Shown: positions 20,106 to 30,200 of the stretch, one piece after another
Position numbering within the stretch: position 1 is the first letter of the stretch
Layout of the letters: each line of letters begins with the position of its first letter
Assembly: GCA_024277855.1 (NCBI GenBank)
Contig: JAJRUJ010000060.1
Location: 5,948-69,947, forward strand
Source: Candidatus Zixiibacteriota bacterium
Lineage (GTDB): Bacteria; Zixibacteria; MSB-5A5; WJJR01; JAJRUJ01
DNA: 64,000 bases
Direction of reading: 5' to 3'
The notes under the pieces: model-generated
Seen by the model: the letters and a program-made list of their open reading frames with translations, nothing else
What the model was told of the DNA's origin: nothing
Database searches by the model: none
Translations under genes and position numbers: made by a program

Positions 20106-20203
20106 ACAAACTCCGTATTAATTAGCATGATAACTAACGGTAAAATGAATCGAGGTCAATCATTTTTCACAGGTGGAGAAAAGGGGATTTGCTTTGGCGG
20201 TGT

Positions 20204-23098
20204 TCAGCAGCCCACTTGCAACGGTGGGCCGGAGCGGTAGAGGTAATTGACCAGGATAACCAGATCGACCAGGTTGATTCGGCAATCGCCGTTAACATCG
20301 AGGGAGATAGGGTCAATCGGCGCGATGCCGCCTTTCAGTATCCAATTGATCGCCCCCACCAGATCGACCGGCGCAACCAGTCCATCGCCGTTATAATCGC
20401 CGGGGATACCCGCCGAATAGCCCAGCATGCCGATAATACGCCGCAACGCATCGACCGCCTGCGCCTCATCCATCTGTGAGAGCGGGAAACTGAGCAGGGC
20501 ATTACGGCGGCGACCATCATTAAAAAGCAACCCGACGGTCTTGCCGTGCATCGACGACGTGTCTGCCTCGAGCGCATCGAAAGTATACAGGCACTCCGTC
20601 GTCGAGGGGTCGCCCTCCACCCAGCCGACAAAAGGAATTCCTGGACCGACCGGCTGCCATTGCGCCGGGATACCCCAGCCGGTTCGGGCCGGATCGGTCG
20701 GCAAATAACCCAGGTCGGATTTGCACGGCGTTGCTCCAATGAAAGTGGCATTCATCCGCACGGGGTCGGGTAACAGCAAAGGCGGATAATAAATTTCGGC
20801 GACCCCAAAAAAATCATAAGCAAAATCACCCGGACCAAAAAGTTGGCCGCGGGCGGTCAATTCGTTGAAGTTAAACAGATCGCGCCCGACCAGCAGTACC
20901 CGCCCGCCGGCAAGATCATAATCACTCAGTAAGTTGCGGACGTGTTCGGTCTCGGCATATGCGCCGCTGCTGACCACGATTGTCACTGGATGTGGATTAA
21001 ACGCGGCCAAATCGAGAGTCGGCAGGGCTGACCGGTCTTCGACACGATAGGTTGCCGTGGGGAGTGCCCGTTCCCAAAACGCGCGCACCGAATCGGCGTC
21101 GGTCAGACCAATCGGGTCGGCCAGCGTCTGGTCGATAATCAGGGGACCTGAGTCGAAAGCCATCACCATCCCACGGACGCGATTGGAGGCCGGTCCGCGT
21201 ATACCCGCCCCCGATTCGGGGACAATTTGATATTCATAAATGGTCGCTTGCAGCGCAAATGGATCGGCAAATGTCTCTGTTGCCGATTGTCCGACCGAGA
21301 CGAGTATTGTGTCGCCGGGGGCCGACTCCTCGAACCGTTCAATATGATAGATCGCGACGTCTGGATAAATCGATGGTTCCCAGGTTAACGTCAGCAGCCC
21401 GTTGACCGCCTCGGTCGGATATAATTCTACGGCCATCGGCATTAGGAGATCGACTGGGAGCTTAGCTGAAATCGGGCCGTGTCGGCCGCCGTCATCAAAC
21501 GAACCGACGGCATAACTGAATTGGCCGACCGGCAGGCCGGTGTCGGTGAACGTCCTATCGTCAGGGGAGAGAACCGCCAGCGGAGTTACGGGAAATTCAT
21601 CCCCGAACGGCGCGCGAAAAATCTCAAATCCCGCCAGGTCGAATGTGCCTTTGGGTTGCCAATTGAGAGTTGCTTTATCGGTCGTCCACGACAATAAGTT
21701 GAAATCGGTGGGTGGGCCGGGCGCGGCCGCGGCAAAATCAGTTGCCGCCAGATGTGCCGCCGCGCCGAGTGTCTTCTCCCAACCGGAAAAATCCAGACCG
21801 TCAAGGTACGGTTGCGGGTTGTCGTACCGGAAAGTTCGGATAAAATGTTCGGGGTCGGTGTGCAGGTTGTCGCCGATAAATATCACAAAATTGGCGGTCA
21901 GTGAATCGCCCGGCGGCAAATCGAATGGCCCGACAGCGTACAGAAAACGAATGTCGGCTCCGGCGGCGAAGAAAAAGGTGTCCGGCGGCGCACTCCAACC
22001 GTCGCCGGTCATGTCGATCCCGGTAAAGACCTGATCGTAGTCGATCTCACCATTGGCCATCATCTTGTACCGGGCGACATCGCCGTCCGGCCGACCGGAC
22101 AAAGTGGCTGGGCGATGCGGCCCCCAATTGATATCCAGGTAATTATTGGTGATCCACCAGTTGAACGAATGCACCGGGGGAGAGTCTCCTCGATCGATAA
22201 ACGCCAGACCAAACGCAGCGGTGGGCGAAGAATCATTCAGCCCAAAACGTTCCTGTGGATCGCCGTCATTGTCGATTGCGTAAACCCCTTCGACGGCATA
22301 CGTCTGTCCGTCAATTTCAACTGCCGCCTGCCGATATCCGACCAGGTCGTCGAGATATCCGGCCGTTGAATCCTCGTGATAGATGTCCGGATCGCAATAC
22401 CAGCCGACATATGCCTCGTCGATTGGTTGGTTGCCGATATTTGTAATGGTCAGTTCGAGCCAGATAAGATTGCGATATGTCGGATCGGCCCAGGCGCGAG
22501 TTTCCTGGCGAACATCGACCGGCAGGGGACGATGGAGACCATCGATGACGTCCGGCCGGACAATGGTTGGTTCGGTAAGCGTATCGGTATAAGCGGCAAC
22601 AAATGCCTGATCGGCAAAATAATCGTCGAAGCGCAGTAAACCAGCTGCCCCGGTATCCGGGTACAGCTCGGTTCGGGTCAACCATGCGCCGGTGCCGGTG
22701 GAGACCAGGGTATCGGTGCCGACAATTCCGCCGATCCAGAGACCGGCGTCGAAAAGATACGAAATATCCGAGTGAGGCGGGTATTCCAGCGAAAGAGCCG
22801 GCTCATTATCTACCGGGTCGATATAATTGCCGGCGGGATTCCCCAGCCGCGCGCGATTGGTGATGACCAGGCGCGGTCCGCCCTGATCGATGATTCGGTA
22901 ATCGACCGGGGGCGGTTCAGTCAATTCGATTGCACTGGCCAGGTGTCCAGGAGTTGTTGACGGTCCCCGAGCCGCGGCCGCCGAGATGAGGCCGAAAAAA
23001 ATCAGCAGGGCAATACAATAGCCGACCAGGTGAGACAGCAAAATATATTGATTCGCTTTGACGATGGTGTTACACTCCCGTAAATGTCCCCAAAACAA
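20204..23098 (-). CDS. Large secreted protein with Fn3-like module and C-terminal type I dockerin
   Basis: N-terminal signal peptide. C-terminus GDYNGDGLVAPVDLVGAINWILKG...LDVNGDCRINLVDLVILVNYLY is a duplicated Ca-binding dockerin repeat. Internal LNWQPKGTFDLAGFEIFRA is Fn3-like. Confidence 0.65.
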   Translation of the reverse strand: MFWGHLRECNTIVKANQYILLSHLVGYCIALLIFFGLISAAAARGPSTTPGHLASAIELTEPPPVDYRIIDQGGPRLVITNRARLGNPAGNYIDPVDNEPALSLEYPPHSDISYLFDAGLWIGGIVGTDTLVSTGTGAWLTRTELYPDTGAAGLLRFDDYFADQAFVAAYTDTLTEPTIVRPDVIDGLHRPLPVDVRQETRAWADPTYRNLIWLELTITNIGNQPIDEAYVGWYCDPDIYHEDSTAGYLDDLVGYRQAAVEIDGQTYAVEGVYAIDNDGDPQERFGLNDSSPTAAFGLAFIDRGDSPPVHSFNWWITNNYLDINWGPHRPATLSGRPDGDVARYKMMANGEIDYDQVFTGIDMTGDGWSAPPDTFFFAAGADIRFLYAVGPFDLPPGDSLTANFVIFIGDNLHTDPEHFIRTFRYDNPQPYLDGLDFSGWEKTLGAAAHLAATDFAAAAPGPPTDFNLLSWTTDKATLNWQPKGTFDLAGFEIFRAPFGDEFPVTPLAVLSPDDRTFTDTGLPVGQFSYAVGSFDDGGRHGPISAKLPVDLLMPMAVELYPTEAVNGLLTLTWEPSIYPDVAIYHIERFEESAPGDTILVSVGQSATETFADPFALQATIYEYQIVPESGAGIRGPASNRVRGMVMAFDSGPLIIDQTLADPIGLTDADSVRAFWERALPTATYRVEDRSALPTLDLAAFNPHPVTIVVSSGAYAETEHVRNLLSDYDLAGGRVLLVGRDLFNFNELTARGQLFGPGDFAYDFFGVAEIYYPPLLLPDPVRMNATFIGATPCKSDLGYLPTDPARTGWGIPAQWQPVGPGIPFVGWVEGDPSTTECLYTFDALEADTSSMHGKTVGLLFNDGRRRNALLSFPLSQMDEAQAVDALRRIIGMLGYSAGIPGDYNGDGLVAPVDLVGAINWILKGGIAPIDPISLDVNGDCRINLVDLVILVNYLYRSGPPLQVGC

Positions 23099-23273
23099 GG
23101 TACATTAATCATTGATAAAGTCAAGAATGAGATTGTAGGCGTGGTGCCTATAGTGCTGGAGCACAGCATATTCGACGTTATAGATAAAGAAAAACATTCA
23201 TGTCGTTGGCTTAACGGTGCAAAAGTGATTGCAGCGAACGCCATGTCACCTCAAATTGTAATCAGGAGGAACC

Positions 23274-24089
23274 ATGCCGTTGTATTCGCATTCCAGGTTG
23301 CAGTCATTTCAGAACTGTCCCCGGCAGTTCGCCTATCGCTATATCGAAAAACCCGACATTGAACGGCTGGACACAATTGAGGCCTTCCTTGGCTCACGGG
23401 TGCATGAGACGCTGGAAAAGGTCTATCGGGATGTCGAGATGGAACGCACCCCCAAATGGGAGGATGTCCTCGACGATTTCGAACAGCGCTGGGACAAGGA
23501 GTATTCCGACCGCGTGCGAATTGTGCGCGGCGACTATGATGCCGAGGATTATCGCAATGTCGGCCGACGGTGTCTCAAGGAATATTTTGTGCGGCACTAC
23601 CCGTTTCGCGAAGGCCGCATTCTGGGTCTGGAAAAACGAATATTAGTCGATCTCCCCGACGATAACGGAAAAGTATACAAATTGCAGGGATATATCGACC
23701 GGCTGGTCGATATCGGCGACGGTCAATATGAAATCCACGATTATAAGACATCGCGCAACGTCCCCGACCAGGAAAAACTGGACTCCGACCGGCAATTGGC
23801 CCTCTACCAAATCGGGATTGAAGCCCGCTACCGCGATGTCCGCAAAGTTCACCTGGTCTGGCATTATGTCCGCGCCGACAAGGAAGTCCGCTCCTATCGG
23901 ACACCCGAACAACTGGATCAACTTAAATACGATACGATCAATCTGATCAAGGAAATCGAGCTGAAGTCCGCCGCCGGTGATTTGCCCCCCAATGAAACGA
24001 TGCTCTGCGACTGGTGTGAGTTCTACTCGATCTGCCCGGCCAAGCGGCATTTGGTAACAACACAGGAGTTGTCCGCCGAAGCGTTTTAG
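23274..24089 (+). CDS. Cas4-like PD-(D/E)XK nuclease with 4Fe-4S cysteine tetrad (RecB-family exonuclease fold)
   Basis: N-terminal YSHSRLQSFQNCPRQFAYRYIE. Motif II GYIDRL. Motif III EIHDYKTS. QLALYQ motif. C-terminal CDWCEFYSIC gives Cys1 ... CxxCx5C, as in Cas4/AddB. Strong SD AGGAGG precedes the start. Confidence 0.75.
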   Translation: MPLYSHSRLQSFQNCPRQFAYRYIEKPDIERLDTIEAFLGSRVHETLEKVYRDVEMERTPKWEDVLDDFEQRWDKEYSDRVRIVRGDYDAEDYRNVGRRCLKEYFVRHYPFREGRILGLEKRILVDLPDDNGKVYKLQGYIDRLVDIGDGQYEIHDYKTSRNVPDQEKLDSDRQLALYQIGIEARYRDVRKVHLVWHYVRADKEVRSYRTPEQLDQLKYDTINLIKEIELKSAAGDLPPNETMLCDWCEFYSICPAKRHLVTTQELSAEAF

Positions 24090-24101
24090 GCCGACCAGGG
24101 T

Positions 24102-24503
24102 GTGCAGATTGCCGATAAGTTCATTCAGGCGAAACAGCAAGTTGAAGCCGCCAAAATCGTCCTCGAACAGGCGCGTCAACTGCTGCTGGATTTTGCGGCA
24201 GACCAGGAGATTACGACTATCCGCGGCCACGATGCAAAAGTGAAAGTGTCTCATACGACCCGCACGAAAATCCCGACCAGGACCAAACACCCCGATGCTC
24301 TGGCACTGATGGAAACCACGGTGCGCTCCTCGGGGAAATGGGAACAAGTTTCGGCGCTCAACGACAAAAAACTCCGCGACGCCCTGCAGACCGACTTGTT
24401 TGATCAGGGCACGAAGGCCCAGCTACAATCATTGCTGGTGACCTCTACCGAGACTCGCGTCGGTGTTGCCCGGTTGTCGCCGCGCGAAAGGGAAGACGAC
24501 TGA
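24102..24503 (+). CDS. Small hypothetical protein (coiled-coil N-terminus), co-oriented 12 nt downstream of the Cas4-like nuclease
   Basis: Open frame with a plausible start immediately after the nuclease stop. No recognisable motifs. Confidence 0.45.
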   Translation: MQIADKFIQAKQQVEAAKIVLEQARQLLLDFAADQEITTIRGHDAKVKVSHTTRTKIPTRTKHPDALALMETTVRSSGKWEQVSALNDKKLRDALQTDLFDQGTKAQLQSLLVTSTETRVGVARLSPREREDD

Positions 24504-24528
24504 CCTCGACGCCACGATCATAAAAAAA

Positions 24529-24549
24529 CCCCGCCTCATCAAGGCGGGG
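24529..24549. terminator. Bidirectional Rho-independent terminator between convergent genes
   Basis: CCCCGCCT-CATCA-AGGCGGGG, flanked by A7 on the left (a T-run for the minus-strand ctp gene) and TTGGCTTGT on the right. Confidence 0.7.
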
Positions 24550-24572
24550 TTGGCTTGTCGTGTTATCGCTTG

Positions 24573-26372
24573 CTACTCATTACTGGTCGAGGCTTTCACA
24601 TGATCGGCGGCGAGAATCTTTTTGTATTCACCCCGTTCATTGAGAATATCGATTGCCCGCATGATCGCCGGGTCATCGCGCAGTAAGACACCTTCGTACC
24701 AGCCGCGCTCGCCGTACACTTTATTAAGAATCGCGCCGCGGATCGAGCGACGGATACCGTCGCGGGCCTTGGCGTATTCCAGCTCTTTTTCCTGCTCAAC
24801 CAGCGATTGCAATTGGCCAAGCCATTCGCCGAAAATCGCTTCCTTGGTGGAATCTTCCTCGATGATTTTTCGGATGTTGTCAATCTCAACTTCTGTCGAG
24901 GTTTTGTAGGTAAAATCGCTGCGTTTGAGGAAATCTCTGAACTGGTCAAGTACCTCGTCGGTTACCGAGAAATCAATCGGCACACTATCGTGTTGCGCGG
25001 TATACTCCAGGGCAAAGTTGAAATACATCGACTTGCGCAGGAGGTTCACTTCGACCGGTGAATACGGGTCGCGCTGTACATTAACGTCGGGAACAATCCC
25101 GCCGCCGCCGAATACCTCACGCCCGGCGCGAGTGTGGTATTCTTCTGTCGGTTCGGCATCGACAATTTTACCCTCGTCGAGATCCTCCGGATGTTTCGTC
25201 GAAATATTCGGCTTTTGGATACACCGGCCGGAGGGGACGTAATATTTGGCCGTGGTCAGTTTCAGACGGATGTCGTCGTGTCCGGGCAGTGGAAATATTT
25301 GCTGGACCAGCCCTTTCCCGAATGTCGTGTGCCCCACAATCAGCCCCCGGTCCCAATCCTGCACGGCACCGGAGACAATCTCGGAGGCCGAGGCGGTCGC
25401 CCCGTCGGTCAGGATGACCAGCGGTTTGTCGGTATATAATGGGTCGCCCCGAGTAAAATACTTTTTCTGCGACCGTGGATCCTTGCCCTGCGTGTAAACG
25501 ACCAATTGGTCTTTTTTCATAAACAGGCCGGCGGTTTCAATTGCCTGCTCCAGCAATCCGCCGCCGTTCCCGCGCAAGTCAAAAATCAAGCCCTTCATAT
25601 CCTGCTTGTTCAGTTCGGTCAATGCTTCGCGCAGTTCATCCTCAGTCGTCTCCGAGAATTTCGAGAGCCGCAGATACCCGATCCGGTTTTCTTTGTCGGC
25701 CATGCCGTAATAGGGGACCGATTTCAACTCGATCACGGCGCGTTCGACAATAAACTCCAGTGGCTGATAAATGCCGACTCGGACAATTTTCAGCGTTACG
25801 GTCGTACCGGCTGGTCCGCGCATTTGCTTGGAGGCCTCCTCGGTGGTAATCCCGTCGGTCGGCACGCCATCGATCTCGACAACTTTATCGCCGGCTTGCA
25901 GGCCTACGCGCTGGGCCGGCGTGCCCTCCATCGGCGCAACAATAGTCACCGTATCGTCGCGCATGTCGATCGACATTCCCAGACCCTCATAGCGGCCATG
26001 TGTGTTTTCCATTAGCCGGGTATAATTTTTCAATTCCATCAACACTGAAAACGGGTCGAGGATATCGAGCATCCCGTCGATCCCCGCACGGGTCAACTTC
26101 GCAGGGTCCACCTTTTCCATGTAATCCTGGGAGACGCGCAAGGCAATACCGTCGAGGAGCTTGATGTTTTTGTAGAGCGTTTCGCGGCCGGTTTTCTGGC
26201 CTTCCACACCTTGTTTCCCGACATCCTGGCCGTCGGCGCGCACATCGCCGGTCTGGACAATGTAAACCGGATCGCGGGGAGTGGCTTCCCCCATACCCAC
26301 GACCCAAACCATCGCCACCGCCAGAATGGCCACTCCCAACAAATATGCTTTAAAGCGCCGATCGGTCTTCAT
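24573..26372 (-). CDS. ctp: Carboxyl-terminal processing protease (peptidase S41, Ctp/Tsp family) with PDZ domain and C-terminal extension
   Basis: LIFDLRGNGGGLLEQAIETAGLF and LVILTDGATASASEIVSGAVQD...GHTTFGKGLVQQ (S41 Ser/Lys dyad region). PDZ-like segment. N-terminal signal-anchor. Confidence 0.9.
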   Translation of the reverse strand: MKTDRRFKAYLLGVAILAVAMVWVVGMGEATPRDPVYIVQTGDVRADGQDVGKQGVEGQKTGRETLYKNIKLLDGIALRVSQDYMEKVDPAKLTRAGIDGMLDILDPFSVLMELKNYTRLMENTHGRYEGLGMSIDMRDDTVTIVAPMEGTPAQRVGLQAGDKVVEIDGVPTDGITTEEASKQMRGPAGTTVTLKIVRVGIYQPLEFIVERAVIELKSVPYYGMADKENRIGYLRLSKFSETTEDELREALTELNKQDMKGLIFDLRGNGGGLLEQAIETAGLFMKKDQLVVYTQGKDPRSQKKYFTRGDPLYTDKPLVILTDGATASASEIVSGAVQDWDRGLIVGHTTFGKGLVQQIFPLPGHDDIRLKLTTAKYYVPSGRCIQKPNISTKHPEDLDEGKIVDAEPTEEYHTRAGREVFGGGGIVPDVNVQRDPYSPVEVNLLRKSMYFNFALEYTAQHDSVPIDFSVTDEVLDQFRDFLKRSDFTYKTSTEVEIDNIRKIIEEDSTKEAIFGEWLGQLQSLVEQEKELEYAKARDGIRRSIRGAILNKVYGERGWYEGVLLRDDPAIMRAIDILNERGEYKKILAADHVKASTSNE

Positions 26373-27117
26373 GTTTTCCTCCGTCCATTACTTGCTTGCC
26401 GGCGTTTCAGCCCTCTCTATTTTGGCTGCCGTTTTTTTCTGCCTGTCAACATTCACTCAGTAAAGTTGTACGTAGATCTCAACAGTCGGTGCGAAAAAAA
26501 CTGCACCGCTTTGCATTTATACGCGCACAGGGTGCGTGCTTCCGAGTGTATATGTCACTTGGAAAGAATATAAAGCAAGACCTTTGCCGTCACCACATGA
26601 TGTTCCGGTTTTTCGACACGGGCAAAGGAATGGACGTGGTTGATGCGTCCGACCAGCCCCAAACCGGTCGTGTGATTTTATTTTCGGGCGACGATGACGA
26701 TCTCGCAGGTGGATACTTGGGATGGTTTCCGTCGCATCCTCCGTTGAATCGAGATTTTTGACAACTTATGCTTCGTCGCCCTAACTCATTATATAATTGC
26801 CAAATATCGTAAATCCATCGACGTTTTCTGAATAATGACAGAACCTGTTACTCTCCCGGTGAGAAATATGCAGTGAATTGCAATACAAATTGAAAAAGGT
26901 CGAAGGGAGATCAGAGATTCTCCACCCACGGTAATCCGGGAACTCCACTGTCATTACCTTGTTTAACAGTCAGATACATTTGGCCAGGAGTGAGAAGGCC
27001 AAACTTACTGCACGGTTTGTACAATCGCCGCCGAAAACCGGCGGAGAATTTGCTCAAAATGGGGAATATTACTCGGGCGCACCCTTAGTATGGGTGTAAG
27101 GCAGGCTCAGTTAGCCG

Positions 27118-27146
27118 TTGACACCGAGGCGCTTCCCGCCTATACT
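27118..27146 (+). promoter_or_regulatory. Candidate sigma-70-type promoter (TTGACA-17 nt-TATACT) in the long leader upstream of the C25 peptidase gene
   Basis: TTGACA at 27118-27123, a 17-nt spacer, TATACT at 27141-27146. A second extended -10-like TGTATAAT at 27241-27248 lies about 35 nt before the ATG. Confidence 0.4.
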
Positions 27147-27282
27147 GTTGCCGGGAACGTGTAGATAAAGGAGGCCGATAGCGCATAATCGATAGTGTTT
27201 GACCTGCATGAAGTTGAACGTTTGCTGCAGGTCGCCGAAAATTGTATAATGGCACCCCGTTCAATATCGGGGGAGTTCGATT

Positions 27283-30200
27283 GTGATGCGCAACGGCCTG
27301 AAAAAAACAATACTCACCTGTATCTGGCTTCTGCCGATATTTGCGTCTTCGGCGTTTTGCTTAGACACCTATCCCGACATCGAAATTATCCGGCAGGACG
27401 CGCGGTCACTGGAATTCGTCTACCGGCCGACCGGGGTACAGTGGTCATATGATGATAGCGTATCCGAGGTTGCCAATGCCGTAACGGTCGGGCAGACCAC
27501 TTTCCGCAAAATTCCCGGCGAACCACAGTTACCGGTGCGATTGGTTCATTTCGGGTTACCGCCCGACGCCGCGATGGCTGTCTCTATAGTCGACCAACGC
27601 TGGCAGGATAAGCCCCTCGTGGACCTCCCGCAATATGTTCCGTTGTTGCCTGACGGCCGGAAAGCCGATGAAGCTATCACCCTCTCCGCCGGGGAGTATG
27701 CGACAACTCCACGATTCCCCAGTGAGACAATCGAGACCCTGCCGCCTGGTGCGCTACGGAACCTGCGCATCGGAGGAATCGCGGTCTATCCGGTCTCGTA
27801 TTTCCCCGGAGAACAACGCGCCGAAGTACTGGAGTCGATGACAATTCGCGTTGTCTTTTCCGGCGCATCATCGGGCGGGGCGGCGATTGGCAACGGCGTG
27901 TTCGACAAGGTGCTTTCACATATCCTGCTTAATTATGACGTGGCTCGCCTATGGCAGAAGCCCAATAACAATGCCTTGGCCCGGATGACCAACGACGATC
28001 CGTTCGCTCCATCGGAAATCTGGTACAAATTGAGAACCGGTGTCGAGGGTATCTATCGGATCGACCTGGCCGAGGCGAATGCTCTGGGCCTCAATCCTGC
28101 ACAAATCGAAGACGTCCGCCAGATTCGATTATTCTATGGCGGCGGGAAGACATTACCCGCAAAAAACAGCATACCCCTTCCCGAATTCCGCGAAGTGGCC
28201 ATCCGGACTTCCGGATTTGCCGATGGGAGTTGGGATGAGGACGATTATCTCGAATTCTATGCCCAGGATCTACACCGCTGGGAAATCGATCCGGCAACCG
28301 GGGAATTTATCGACATACAACACCCGTTTGAGACATACAATGTTTATTGGCTGACCACCAAGACCGATCTCGAGACCGAACCGCTACGGGTGCCGGAGCG
28401 GGATGGATCACTCACCGTGGCCGAGGCGGCACAGATTTTTGACGTCGACGCCTGGGCCCATCATGAACGCAACGAAGTCCTGCGGGTGCGCAGCGACGGC
28501 TACATCGGCGATTATTACCGCTGGTATTGGCAGAGTGGCCAGACAATACCGATCTCTCTGTACAATGCGGTGGACGCGGTTGACGGCTTGGCCCGGCTCT
28601 ACCTGGCTACTTACTCTTTCGGCAATCAACCGGAATTATATGTGAACGGAATACCGATAGCGCCGACATATACCGCCATTGCCAACGATAGCACTGTTTT
28701 CGACCTCCCGTCCTTTGTCGGTTTAAATTTCCAGGTCCGCTTTCCGTACGATCTTGCCGGAGCCACTTACCTTGACTCCTATGATCTGGCCTATCGGCGC
28801 CGGTTGGCTCTCCATGGCGGTAAATTGAAATTTGCCGCTCCCGATACGAGCGCAACCGCAGTCTTCACGGTGACTAATAGCGGCGCGGCCCCTGTAGTTT
28901 GGGATATCACCGACCCGTACGCGGCGGTGGTAATCACCGGTCTCGATCTTGATGGCTCCGCCATTCGTTTCCAGAGCGAGCTTACCGCCGGTGCGCGGCT
29001 GGTGTTCTGGGTCGGCGATAACGGCCTGAACAATCGCCCTGTTTCCGCCGAGCGGCGCGACCCTGACCTGTTGCGTGCGGCCGACATCCAGGCCGACTAT
29101 CTCGCCGTGGGGCCGCGACAGTTTGTCGAGGCGGCCGAGGGATATTTAAACTTGCGGGAAAGTATCTCCGGCCTGGCTACGCGGAAAATCGCCATCGAAG
29201 ATATCTACGATAATTTCTCCTATGGGTTGCTCGACCCGCTGGCTATCCGCCGGTTCCTCAAATATACGGTTGAAAACTGGCAAAGCCCTTCACCGCAATA
29301 TGTGTTGTTTATCGGCGACGGCCATTACGACCTTGCCGACAATCTCGGCACCGGAATGGTTAGTTATGTCCCTCCATATCTCGGCCCGGATGAACTCCTG
29401 CCGTCGGACGAAAACTATCTATACTTCGGCGATGATAAATTGCTTGCCGACGGTACCGGTGACCCATACCCGGACATGATTCTCGGTCGCTGGCCGGCAA
29501 AAAACACCGAACATGTCCGCACGATTGCTGAAAAGATCGACCGCTATCTCTCCCCGGCAACCTATGGCGCCTGGCGCAACCGGATTGCGATGGTGGCGGA
29601 TGATGAAGCCACCGGCGGATGTACTTACGTGCCGGGTAACGAGATTCATATTATTGGCGCAGAATATCTCAGCGGAATGTTCATCCCCGAGGGGTTTGAG
29701 CAACGCAAAATTTATCTGTCCGAGTTTCCCTTCGGCCCTACCTGCCACAGTAAACCCGAGGCCCACGATGCCATCCTTAATTTAATCAATGAGGGGGTAG
29801 TCTTAATTGATTACGTCGGGCATGGGAACCCGGATTTATGGGCGCACGAGCATGTACTTGAACGGGCGGCCGATGTCCCCAAAATGCTGAATAAGGATAA
29901 ACTGACGGTGATGTTCACCGCGTCCTGTTCCAACGGATTTTTTGATGACCCGACCAATGAGGGACTTGCTGAGGAGTTGGTGCGCTGGTCGGAGGGCGGC
30001 GCGGTCGCGGCGATTTCGGCCACCCGGCTGGTCTTTGCCGACGCCAATCTATCCCTGAATGCGCTGGTGTTCGACCTGTTGCTCAGCGGCGATGTCCCCA
30101 CGCTCGGTGGGGCCTTGTACATCGCTAAAACCCTCCGGCAGTTCACCCCCGACTATTCATGTCCCAGTCCGCCTTGTGAGCAGTCCAATGATCGGAAATA

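Noticed and set aside
26396-26761. 121-aa + strand ORF in the long leader upstream of the C25 gene
   Set aside because: Atypical composition, no SD, no motifs, and it lies within an AT-rich region full of stops in other frames. Most likely non-coding.
26759-26800. TTGACA ... TATATAAT promoter-like pair
   Set aside because: The spacer between the hexamers is about 26 nt, far from the 16-18 nt optimum. The better-spaced TTGACA-17-TATACT at 27118 was reported instead.
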